Below, in pieces: positions 56,319 through 64,000 of a stretch of 64,000 bases of DNA; the first letter of the stretch is position 1; each line of letters opens with the position of its first letter. The stretch spans positions 2,341 to 66,340 of the IMG/VR virus record IMGVR_UViG_3300036768_000767. One strand, written 5' to 3'. The notes beneath the pieces were generated by a model. That model was not told where the DNA came from, ran no database searches, and saw only the letters and a program-made list of their open reading frames with translations. The stretch comes from a virus. The translations under genes and the position numbers were made by a program.

Positions 56319-56636
56319 TCACTGACCGGAGACCACGACAGCGGTCATTCCCGCCACAAGCGGTAGCTTGGGAGCCCAGTCGATCGGCGGCAGTTTGCTG
56401 TCCGCCCTGTGGTGCTCGGAGAGTTTGAAGAACTTCCGAAACGTCCGGGCGCCGATGACCCCTTCGGGGTCGGTGATGAGCCCCCGGGCCATCAGGGTTT
56501 CTTCGTCCCAAGCGGCTTCAAACTGACAGACGGCGGTGTAGTTAAAGATGAGCAGATCGTGGACCGGGTGCTTCTGGATTGTGACCCGCTTCTTCGCTTC
56601 GAGATCTCTGAACGTCTCAAGGTTTACCCTACCCAC
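56319..56636 (-). pseudogene. Truncated T4 Rnl1-like RNA ligase
   Basis: KHP..L.IFNYT..Q...W...RGLI.D..G...AR.F.KFF; ends before catalytic KxDG. Confidence 0.75.
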
Positions 56637-56788
56637 CTGCCTCCGTGCCGAAAACCAGCCACTGTCGACCAAGGTTGGTGCGTAAGTCAGGAAGTATCAA
56701 CGGGCAAAAAACCGCCCCCCCCCTCCCACTGCCACAAAACCCCTAGCTTGTCAATCTTCCGCTATGCCACACTGTTGTTAGGCGGCGC

Positions 56789-57082
56789 ATGATCCACGTC
56801 ACGATCCTCGGAAAACGCTGGCGACTCCGGTTTACCAAGCTAGCGCGGGGGACGGATGGGGAGTGCGACGCGCCGACGGACCCGGATAAGGAAATCCGGA
56901 TCGCACAGGGGCTTGGTGAGAAAACGCAACTCGAAACACTCATCCATGAAGCGCTCCACGCTGCCGACTGGTCGAAAGACGAGGCATGGGTTGAACAAGT
57001 CGGCTGCGACATCGCCCGACTCCTCTGGCGGCTCGGTTACCGGCGGAAAACCAACGCCGACGTGGACGACGACGCAACTTAG
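56789..57082 (+). CDS. HExxH zinc metalloprotease-like phage protein
   Basis: GECD, LETLIHEALHA, EAWVEQ. Confidence 0.75.
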   Translation: MIHVTILGKRWRLRFTKLARGTDGECDAPTDPDKEIRIAQGLGEKTQLETLIHEALHAADWSKDEAWVEQVGCDIARLLWRLGYRRKTNADVDDDAT

Positions 57083-57932
57083 CCGGAACGTTTTCCGGGT
57101 AAACATCCCCTTTCAGCAAGGGGCGGAATGGGAGCAGTGGGCTCTCTTCACGAGCGATATCCACTGGGATAACCCGCACTGCGACCGAAAACTCCTAAGG
57201 AGACACCTCGACCGGGCCGTTGAGCGAAGCGCAATCATCTTCTGCAACGGCGATTTGTTCGACCTGATGGGCGGCAAGTACGACCCCCGTGCCGTCAAGA
57301 ACGGCATCCGCTCCGAGCACAACGTCCCACACTACTTCGACGCGGTCGTGGAAGATGCGGCTGACTGGCTCGCCCCGTACGCACGAAACCTGTTCGTCCT
57401 AGCCCAGGGGAACCATGAGACGGCCATGACCAACCGGCACGAGTTTAACCCAATTGAGCGGCTCATCGGTTTACTCAACGCGAGCACCAGGTCACGGGTT
57501 TACAACGGCGGCTACTCAGGGTTTCTGGTTTTCGCGTTCGCAGCGCAGGGGGCGAGCGAACGCGCTCGGGTCTCGTCCGTCGTCGTGAACTACCACCACG
57601 GGGCCAGTAGCGGGAAGACTACTTCGAACATCCTGTCGCACGAAAGGCGGGCGGCGTTTCTGCCCGACGCCGATATCCTGGTCACGGGCCACGCCCACAA
57701 CCACTGGAGCGAGACCGTGGCTCGCATCCGGCTCAGCAAGAACGGGGCCGTGTACCAGGACACCCAGCTCCATCTCGGGATTCCGGGCTATAAGGACGAG
57801 ATCGGCGACGGGCGGGAGGGCTGGGCCGTGGAACGGGGCTTCAGGCCGAAGCCGCTGGGGGCCTGGTGGGTCAGGTTCTTCTGGTGTCGGCAGAGGAGTC
57901 GGGTGCTCTACGAGGCTATCCGGGCCCAGTAG
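57054..57932 (+). CDS. Metallophosphoesterase (phage type); start uncertain
   Basis: SDIHWD, NGDLFD, GNHE, HHG, GHAH; ORF open from 56856. Confidence 0.85.
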   Translation, partial: TPTWTTTQLSRNVFRVNIPFQQGAEWEQWALFTSDIHWDNPHCDRKLLRRHLDRAVERSAIIFCNGDLFDLMGGKYDPRAVKNGIRSEHNVPHYFDAVVEDAADWLAPYARNLFVLAQGNHETAMTNRHEFNPIERLIGLLNASTRSRVYNGGYSGFLVFAFAAQGASERARVSSVVVNYHHGASSGKTTSNILSHERRAAFLPDADILVTGHAHNHWSETVARIRLSKNGAVYQDTQLHLGIPGYKDEIGDGREGWAVERGFRPKPLGAWWVRFFWCRQRSRVLYEAIRAQ

Positions 57933-58179
57933 CTCGGCGCTCGATAGGCCGGGTAATCCGATCAGCGGTTTTCATTACTGATACATTCAAACAAGTTCTG
58001 AATGTGAAGAGCGTTGCCCGCAGGGCACGCAGCGAAAACCGGCCCTGCGGGCAATCCGAGGGCCGGTGCGAAAACGACCGTTACTCGCGGTCAACGTACT
58101 GTAAGGCGGCTTACCGCCTCGAACGAGTCGTGAAGCTAATCCTGAAACCAATCGGTTTTGATGTTGTCTAGGCCGATAC

Positions 58180-58208
58180 GAGCACGCACCGCAAGAGGGT
58201 GCGTGCTC
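58180..58208. terminator. Stem-loop between convergent genes
   Basis: GAGCACGCACC/GGTGCGTGCTC perfect 11-bp stem. Confidence 0.55.
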
Positions 58209-58229
58209 AACTGGTTTTCCCTAATAAGC

Positions 58230-59198
58230 CTACGCCGCTAACGCCACTTCATACGCCCGCTGCTTCAGCCTCGATCCCTCGCCGAACCAAGCAGACTCGA
58301 GCCGAGCCGCCTCGCTCCGTTGCCCCCGCGTGTGATCGACCCAATCCGTGAGTGCGTTGTACGCCCCCCAGTACGTGCCGCGAACGCCCGGGATGTTCGC
58401 CCCCGGCGCGTTGTAGTACGCTTTCAAAACCGCCTCCCAAGCTTTCGAGCCCTTACCCGCCTTCTGCTCGTCTTCGGTTACTTCCAGTACCTCGCGGACA
58501 AAAGCGGCTAGGCCGTCAACCGGAAGCCCGCGCGACGCCATTCGCTGGAAGTCCTGCACCGTCGCGGTGAAGGTCTGTGCCGCCATGTCCACGGTACGCT
58601 TTACCAGGTCTAAACCCGCTTCTACCTTCGATGTGTGCCGTACCCGCAAACAGTCTTCAAGGCCGCTGTTGGCCCTGCGGTCCGCCCGGCTGAGGGTGTT
58701 CCAGCACACTACGCGGATGGTGGTGAACTGAGCCCGCACAGCCTGGGTGCCGTCGTGGGCGTTGCTCAGAAGGAAATAGCCTCGAACGCGGTCGCCATTT
58801 AGAACGTCGGCTTCAGCGTCCTTCAGTCTCGCGAGAACCCACACCCGTCGACCGCCCTTGAGGGAGCCAGCTGTTTCGAGCTGGCAGGCACCAGACGAAA
58901 CGAACCAATCGATGAACTCGAAGGCCCGGGCGTTCTGCAGCGGCTGATAATCCTTCCCGACGATTCCAAGAATCGTGTGATCTGTGTCGCGGACGACGGC
59001 CCGGTGAGTCTTCACCTCACGGGTGTTGAGCACGCCTTTGTCGGAGATGAGGGCCCCCAGCGGCTGAAGGGAGACCGTCCAATCAAGACCAGCCAAGCGA
59101 ATTGCCTCCTCAACGCTCGGTGCCTCAGGGAGAACGACGCCCAACCGATGCCATGCGGGGGTACGGACGGTAAAGCCTGTTTCGAACTCGTGTGTCAT
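58230..59198 (-). CDS. DUF932 phage/plasmid-like protein (TIGR03299-type)
   Basis: PAWHRLG, AGLDW, YQPLQN, ETAGSL.GG, NAHDG, IRVVCWNT, RHT, WGAYNA. Confidence 0.92.
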   Translation of the reverse strand: MTHEFETGFTVRTPAWHRLGVVLPEAPSVEEAIRLAGLDWTVSLQPLGALISDKGVLNTREVKTHRAVVRDTDHTILGIVGKDYQPLQNARAFEFIDWFVSSGACQLETAGSLKGGRRVWVLARLKDAEADVLNGDRVRGYFLLSNAHDGTQAVRAQFTTIRVVCWNTLSRADRRANSGLEDCLRVRHTSKVEAGLDLVKRTVDMAAQTFTATVQDFQRMASRGLPVDGLAAFVREVLEVTEDEQKAGKGSKAWEAVLKAYYNAPGANIPGVRGTYWGAYNALTDWVDHTRGQRSEAARLESAWFGEGSRLKQRAYEVALAA

Positions 59199-59471
59199 AA
59201 GCCTCCTTTCGGAAAAGGCCGCATCCTTCACGGGGGATGCAGCCGAGTTAATGAGTGGAGAATACTACAAAAATCAAAAAAGTGTCAACAAAATAATGAT
59301 ACTGTAAGCGTTAATAATCAGACCCTTGATCAGGGAAGGTTTGGAAGGCCCCCCCCGCCGCTACGAGCGGCCATCGGGCACAGGTTTGGAAGCGCCACGG
59401 GGGGGGGATGCGGGGAGAGTCCGGGAGGGGGGGGGAAGCCCCTCCCGTGCGGGAGCCATCAATGCTGATAG

Positions 59472-59756
59472 CTACCGCTCGAGCTCGTCGATACCCCAGC
59501 GAATAACCTGCACGTCCGGCCCGGCGAGCTCGAAAACCATCCGTTCTATGTTCGCATACTGGTGCGGCATCGGCTCGTTCCAGAGCTGAAGAAAGTCTAC
59601 GTAGGCGGGCGAGTTACTCTCCCGGAGATCGACAACGATTCGTGCAGCCTCACTGTTCTCCGGGTAAAGCTGGCTGGCGATAGCCTCAATAATTTCGGGG
59701 CATGTCGAAAGTGTACGAAACTCGCCGTCGATGTACTGTGCCCATTCCGGAGCCAT
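59472..59756 (-). CDS. Hypothetical protein
   Basis: AAGGA RBS. Confidence 0.6.
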   Translation of the reverse strand: MAPEWAQYIDGEFRTLSTCPEIIEAIASQLYPENSEAARIVVDLRESNSPAYVDFLQLWNEPMPHQYANIERMVFELAGPDVQVIRWGIDELER

Positions 59757-59768
59757 GATCCTTTGAAA

Positions 59769-59804
59769 TAAACCCGCCGGGGGTATTCTCCCCCGGCGGG
59801 TTTA
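59769..59804 (-). terminator. Rho-independent terminator
   Basis: 15-bp perfect stem, loop TATTCT, T-tail on minus strand. Confidence 0.7.
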
Positions 59805-59808
59805 GGGC

Positions 59809-60204
59809 CTACTCGGGCCGGGTAACGGGCTCACGGCTGGCCTCGTAGTCAGCCGCCCACGTGACGTAGATGCCGCGTTTCTTTAGCCTGTCGAACAGAG
59901 TCTCGTGACAGGCGAGACAAACTTGGCCGTCGGTGCTCACGCCATCACTCGCAAAATCGTCCCAGGCACGGTACTGCACGAGCCGGGCCACGGGAAGAAC
60001 GGCGAGACACTCCGGACATACGAAGTTATCGTCGAGGTTCTTGCCGTCGATGGTGGAAAGCTCATCGGGGTCGGCAACCTCGTCCGAAAAGCACTCGTCG
60101 CAGATGCAGCGATCGACCGAGCCGCCCTTGCGGCGGGTGGTGTGAAAGCCGTGCTCGTCGGCGTGGCGGGGGTGGTTGCAGCGGTCACAGATGTACTGGC
60201 CCAT
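59809..60204 (-). CDS. Cys-rich (multiple CxxC) hypothetical protein
   Basis: CDRC, CDEC, CPEC, CLAC; GGAGG RBS. Confidence 0.65.
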   Translation of the reverse strand: MGQYICDRCNHPRHADEHGFHTTRRKGGSVDRCICDECFSDEVADPDELSTIDGKNLDDNFVCPECLAVLPVARLVQYRAWDDFASDGVSTDGQVCLACHETLFDRLKKRGIYVTWAADYEASREPVTRPE

Positions 60205-60209
60205 CGTCG

Positions 60210-60587
60210 TTACGCCTCCTCTCGTAGAAACACCGTCCACCGCCTGTCGCCGCTATCGTTTAATTCGAGCAGCATCCAAACCTCGGCAAAGTAGAAATGG
60301 CTCTCACTGTCGGCGGTCGGGACGACGGTTTTGATGAGGGGGAGGAACGCGCGGCCCCTCTGGTACGCGATGCTGAGCAGGCTCAAGACCTCATGCAGTC
60401 GCGTGTGTGAGTCGGTACCCTGGTAACCACAATGGGCGGTGATCAGCTCGTGATACGCCCGGCGGCTCAAGGCCGTGGGATAACGAAGGTTTTCGAGCTC
60501 GGCAACCGCCGAGACGTCGATCAGATCGCCCTCGATGAGGGCTTCTGCTCGATCGGGAAAAGGTGATACCTCTAGATGTTGGTTCAT
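60210..60587 (-). CDS. DUF6573-like protein
   Basis: RAEALIEGDLIDVS...YPTALS..AY; AGGAGG RBS. Confidence 0.6.
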   Translation of the reverse strand: MNQHLEVSPFPDRAEALIEGDLIDVSAVAELENLRYPTALSRRAYHELITAHCGYQGTDSHTRLHEVLSLLSIAYQRGRAFLPLIKTVVPTADSESHFYFAEVWMLLELNDSGDRRWTVFLREEA

Positions 60588-60717
60588 ATGCCTCCTGTGT
60601 TTGGGAGCAGTTTCACGGACCGCTCCATAATTGGTGAGGCAAGAATAGCGCGAACGAAGAAATGTGTCAACAAATTAGAATAAGAAAAAATGACACTTGC
60701 ACAATACTGAAGGCGCC

Positions 60718-61023
60718 TTAGGTTGGCGGCATGAGTAACTTTCGTTCTGCGTCCGACAACTCCGGGAAGCACGTTTGCGCATGCTCGCCGGCCCTATACT
60801 GCTTCGGGGTATCTTCGGAAATGAGTGGACTAACGTGATCTTCACTGGTGACGAAGCACCGGCCTTGTATTCCCCGTAGGTAATCTTCGATAACTGTGTA
60901 ATCGTTGTAGCCAATCTTGTGTGACCGGGCATAACCTGAAGCGCTCTAGCCCTCCGGAAGATATTTTACGGGATCATAACAAGGCTTCCAATTGCGTATA
61001 TCATCGATCGTCACTGTCTTCAT
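60718..61023 (-). pseudogene. Chimeric pseudogene: array copy 5 N-terminus + terL fragment + unrelated phage-gene fragment
   Basis: MKTVTIDDIRNWKPCYDPVKYLPEG*S-ASGYARSHKIGYNDYTVIEDYLRG-...YRAGEHAQTCFPELSDAERKLL; TAG at 60946-60948. Confidence 0.8.
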
Positions 61024-61913
61024 GCCGCCTCTTCTACCATCTCAATCAGTTTCGCACATTGAGCATCTCGCGCAGATTTCCATCCGGCTTTCCATGCAGG
61101 TTCCCACGTAAGCTCCCACGCGGCTTTCCACGTCAACTTTCCTACCCATTCCTTCGCTGCAAGCCAGACTGTATCCCTTGCTAGAGCAATTGCAGCTTCC
61201 CATGCAGCACGCATTGCTGCGTACCTAGCCCATTCAATGACTGTAGCCCTTGCTGCTTCGATCGCAGCTTCACAGGGAGTGAGCATGACTGCGGCTCCGG
61301 TCGCACCCTCCTCTACTTTCATCGCAGCGTCCCACACAGCACTCCGCACAACATATCTAGTTGCTTCCCTTGTTGCGACGATGGCTTCATCACGTGCTAC
61401 AGTTTTTACCGATTCCATCGCAGCTTCAAACGCTGCATCTCTGATGGCATCCCACGCTGCTGACCTCATCGCCTCACATTCTTCATTCTTTGCTATGATC
61501 TTATATGCAGCATGAGATTCCATCCTCACTTTATCACGTAATACACGCATCACTGCGTCATCGACTGCATCCCACGTTAATGCACGTGTTTCCGACGATT
61601 CGTTTCTCGCTGCGACCAGTTCTTCTCTGGATGCCTTTCCTTGTATGAAGTTCTCAGCAACTTCGATAGCACGCTTTGCACTATCATCATGAAACCAACG
61701 CTCCACTTGCTTCGCGCACCATATCGCAAAACGACGCAGGGTTTTTGCATCGATCCATTCTTCTCGACATACCAGCGACAATTTGTCTTCCAACGGCATC
61801 ATCGGACGTTTCAAAATATCAACGACGGTACCGCTCCATCGATCAGGAAAGTATTTTTCTAGATCATTGGGAATGGCCCGGTTGAGTATATCATCGATCG
61901 TAAATATCTCCAT
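61020..61913 (-). CDS. Array paralogue 4 (long type; Imm5-like cap + Ala/Trp helical core)
   Basis: MEIFTIDD..LRRFAIWCAKQV..SARDAQCAKLIEMVEEAA; start at 61913 by homology. Confidence 0.85.
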   Translation of the reverse strand: MEIFTIDDILNRAIPNDLEKYFPDRWSGTVVDILKRPMMPLEDKLSLVCREEWIDAKTLRRFAIWCAKQVERWFHDDSAKRAIEVAENFIQGKASREELVAARNESSETRALTWDAVDDAVMRVLRDKVRMESHAAYKIIAKNEECEAMRSAAWDAIRDAAFEAAMESVKTVARDEAIVATREATRYVVRSAVWDAAMKVEEGATGAAVMLTPCEAAIEAARATVIEWARYAAMRAAWEAAIALARDTVWLAAKEWVGKLTWKAAWELTWEPAWKAGWKSARDAQCAKLIEMVEEAA

Positions 61914-62527
61914 GCCGCCTCTTCTACCAGCTCGATCAATTTCGCGCATTGAGCATATCTCGCAGATTCCCATGCAACTTTCCATGCAGTACTCAAAGTA
62001 ACTTCCTGCGTTGAATTCCTTGCTGCGATCCTCATTGCAATCCATGCTACGTTCGTCGCTGCATCATGTGATGCTTCCAATGCTGCGACCCTCACTGTGT
62101 CCGTAGCTGCGTTCAATACCGTACCCATTGCCGCGGCTCTATCTACTTCAAATAGCATTTCCTTATCTGCATCCCTAGCTTCTTCACACGCCTTGTTACG
62201 TTCGTTCACCAATGCGTTTCTCGCTGCAACCAATTCTTCTCTGGATGCTTGTCCTTGTGCGAATTTCTCCACGACATCGATGACGCGCTTTGAACCCTCA
62301 TCAGGGAACAAGGAATCTACCTGCCTCGCGCACCATACTGCAAAAAGTCTCAACGTTTTTGCGTCGATCAAATTCTCTCTACATACTATCCACAATTTTT
62401 CATCGAGTGGGATTTTAGGATATTTCAAAATATCAACGACGGTACCGCTCCATTGCTCCGGAAGGTATATCGTTGGATCATAGGAAGGCTTCCAGCTACG
62501 TATATCATCGATCGTAAATATCTTCAT
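61859..62527 (-). CDS. Array paralogue 3 (short type; stop lost, 17-aa extension)
   Basis: MKIFTIDDIRSW..; EEAA followed by TGG instead of TGA. Confidence 0.85.
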   Translation of the reverse strand: MKIFTIDDIRSWKPSYDPTIYLPEQWSGTVVDILKYPKIPLDEKLWIVCRENLIDAKTLRLFAVWCARQVDSLFPDEGSKRVIDVVEKFAQGQASREELVAARNALVNERNKACEEARDADKEMLFEVDRAAAMGTVLNAATDTVRVAALEASHDAATNVAWIAMRIAARNSTQEVTLSTAWKVAWESARYAQCAKLIELVEEAAWRYLRSMIYSTGPFPMI

Positions 62528-63165
62528 GCCGCCTCCTCCACCATCTCAAGCAGCTTCCCACATTGAGCATACCTCGCAGAATTCAAGGCAAATTTCCGTG
62601 TAATATCCCAAGCAACTTCAAACTTCACCTTCCTCGCTGCTACCTTCATTGCAATCGATGCTAAGTTATACGCTGTCACATACGCTGTTTCCAATGCTGC
62701 GTTCCTTGCTACGTCATGTACTGCGCTCAATGCAGTAGCCAATGCTATGGATCTATCTACTCCAAGTAGCATTTCCTTATATGAATCCATAGACGAATCT
62801 CTAACTGCATTCCTGACTAACCCCAACATCGCCTGACTTTCGTCCATCAATGCGTTTCTCACTGTAACCAATTCTTCTCTGGATGCTTGTCCTCGTGCGA
62901 ATTTCTCCACGACATCCAACGCACGCTTTAAACACTCCTCAGGGAACAAGGAATGTATCTGCCGTGCACACCACACGGCAAAAAGTCTCAACGTTTTTGC
63001 GTCGATCAATTCTTCTCGACATACTATCGACAATTTTTCGTGTAGTGGGATTTTAGGATGTTTCAAAATATCAATGACGGTACCGCTCCATTTCTTCGGA
63101 AGGTATATCGTTGGATCATTGTAAAGATCCCAGCTGCGTATATCATCGATCGTAAATATCTTCAT
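62524..63165 (-). CDS. Array paralogue 2 (short type)
   Basis: MKIFTIDDIRSW..SARYAQCGKLLEMVEEAA; ATGA coupling. Confidence 0.85.
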   Translation of the reverse strand: MKIFTIDDIRSWDLYNDPTIYLPKKWSGTVIDILKHPKIPLHEKLSIVCREELIDAKTLRLFAVWCARQIHSLFPEECLKRALDVVEKFARGQASREELVTVRNALMDESQAMLGLVRNAVRDSSMDSYKEMLLGVDRSIALATALSAVHDVARNAALETAYVTAYNLASIAMKVAARKVKFEVAWDITRKFALNSARYAQCGKLLEMVEEAA

Positions 63166-64000
63166 GCCGCCTCTTCTACCATCTCAATCAGTTTCGCGCA
63201 TTGAGCATCCCGCGCGGATTTCCATCCGGCTTTCCAGGCAGGCTCCCACATAAGCTCCCATGCAGCCGTCCACGTCAACTTTCCTACCCATTCCTTCGCT
63301 GCGAGCCAGACTGCATCCCTTGCTAGAGCAATTGCAGCTTCCCATGCAGCACGCCTTGCTGCGTACGTAGCCCATTCGTTGACCGTAGCCTTTGCTGCTT
63401 CGATCGCAGCTTCACGAGGAGCGAGCATGACTGCGGCTATGGTAGTACCCTCCTTTATTTTAACCGCAGCATTCCACACAGCATCCCACGCGACATCTCT
63501 AGCTGCTTTCTTTGCTGCGACGATGGCCGCATCACGTGCTGCGGTCTTTATCGATTCCATCACAGCTTCAAACGCAGCATTTCTGATGACATCCCACGCT
63601 GCTGACCTCATCTCCTCACATTCTTCATCCTTCACTACCATCGTATATGCATCATGAGATACCGCCCTCACTGTATCACGTAATACACGCATCACTACGT
63701 CATCAACTGCTTTCCACGCCAATGCACGTGTTTCCGACGATTCGTCTCTCGCTGCGATCAGCTCTTCTCTGGATGCCTGTCCTTCTATGAATTTCTCAGC
63801 AACTTCGATAGCACGCTTTGCACTATCATCAGGAAACCATTGCTCCACTTGCTTCGCACACCATATCGCAAAACGACGCAGGGTGTTTGCATCGATCAAG
63901 TCTTCTCTACACACCACTAGCAATTTGTCTTCGAATGGCATCGATGGATGTTTCAAAATATCGACGACCGTACCACTCCATCGATCAGGAAAATAGTTTT
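63162..64000 (-). CDS. Array paralogue 1 (long type; start beyond window)
   Basis: Frame open to window edge (YFPDRWSGTVVDILK); collinear with 61020..61913. Confidence 0.85.
   Translation of the reverse strand, partial: NYFPDRWSGTVVDILKHPSMPFEDKLLVVCREDLIDANTLRRFAIWCAKQVEQWFPDDSAKRAIEVAEKFIEGQASREELIAARDESSETRALAWKAVDDVVMRVLRDTVRAVSHDAYTMVVKDEECEEMRSAAWDVIRNAAFEAVMESIKTAARDAAIVAAKKAARDVAWDAVWNAAVKIKEGTTIAAVMLAPREAAIEAAKATVNEWATYAARRAAWEAAIALARDAVWLAAKEWVGKLTWTAAWELMWEPAWKAGWKSARDAQCAKLIEMVEEAA

Larger units (their letters stand above)
625..64000. mobile_element. Tailed phage/prophage genome segment (siphovirus-like) with embedded mobilisation block; ends not visible
   Basis: Canonical order replication-terminase-portal-capsid-tail-TMP-lysis; no housekeeping genes seen. 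The same intergenic 10-mer occurs at 1.1, 40.5, 59.3 and 60.7 kb. Membership of 61-64 kb is less certain. Confidence 0.85.

Noticed and set aside
59330-59460. G-rich tract with AGGTTTGGAAG twice
   Set aside because: Low complexity; no supportable function.
55510-60948. Amber (TAG) recoding suggested by in-frame TAGs at 55510 and 60946
   Set aside because: The two TAGs replace different residues (Tyr, Trp), both lie in fragments, many intact genes end in TAG, and no suppressor tRNA is seen.
61914-62045. N-terminal extension of ORF 61020..62045
   Set aside because: It overlaps copy 3 out of frame; homology puts the start at 61913.
60871-64000. Diversity-generating retroelement (TR/VR) explaining the terL copy or the array
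   Set aside because: No reverse transcriptase is present in the window. The terL-copy differences include non-adenine changes and sit mostly at third codon positions, and terL's interior is not a typical DGR target. An RT beyond the window is not excluded.

Overview
This window is mostly one tailed (siphovirus-like) phage or prophage genome. From about 1 to 8.4 kb it carries a replication/recombination module (SF2 helicase, DUF669 SSB-like, Sak4-like ATPase, primase-DUF3987, iteron ori, VRR-NUC). Packaging and head genes span 9.3-19.9 kb. Tail genes span 19.9-37.8 kb and include a -1 frameshift chaperone, an IS200/IS605 (TnpB) remnant and a glycosyltransferase/methyltransferase pair among S/T-rich fibre genes. 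Lysis genes span 37.9-40.1 kb. From about 42 to 55.5 kb lies an integrative-mobilisable-element-like block: SSB-like, DUF932, XRE, vWA+kinase, RHH, MOBF relaxase, coupling protein, Xis and tyrosine integrase. Its tRNA-Ser attachment site has arm repeats on both sides, so it looks like an unused attP. Next come a decayed cluster (AP2, BCS1-N and RNA-ligase fragments, one normal and two abnormal tRNAs) and more phage early genes. The window ends in a lower-GC tandem array of at least 5 translationally coupled paralogues with fixed caps and variable helical cores. The last copy is broken and fused in frame to a diverged 72-nt copy of this phage's terL. All calls come from motif recognition by eye; no database searches were run.
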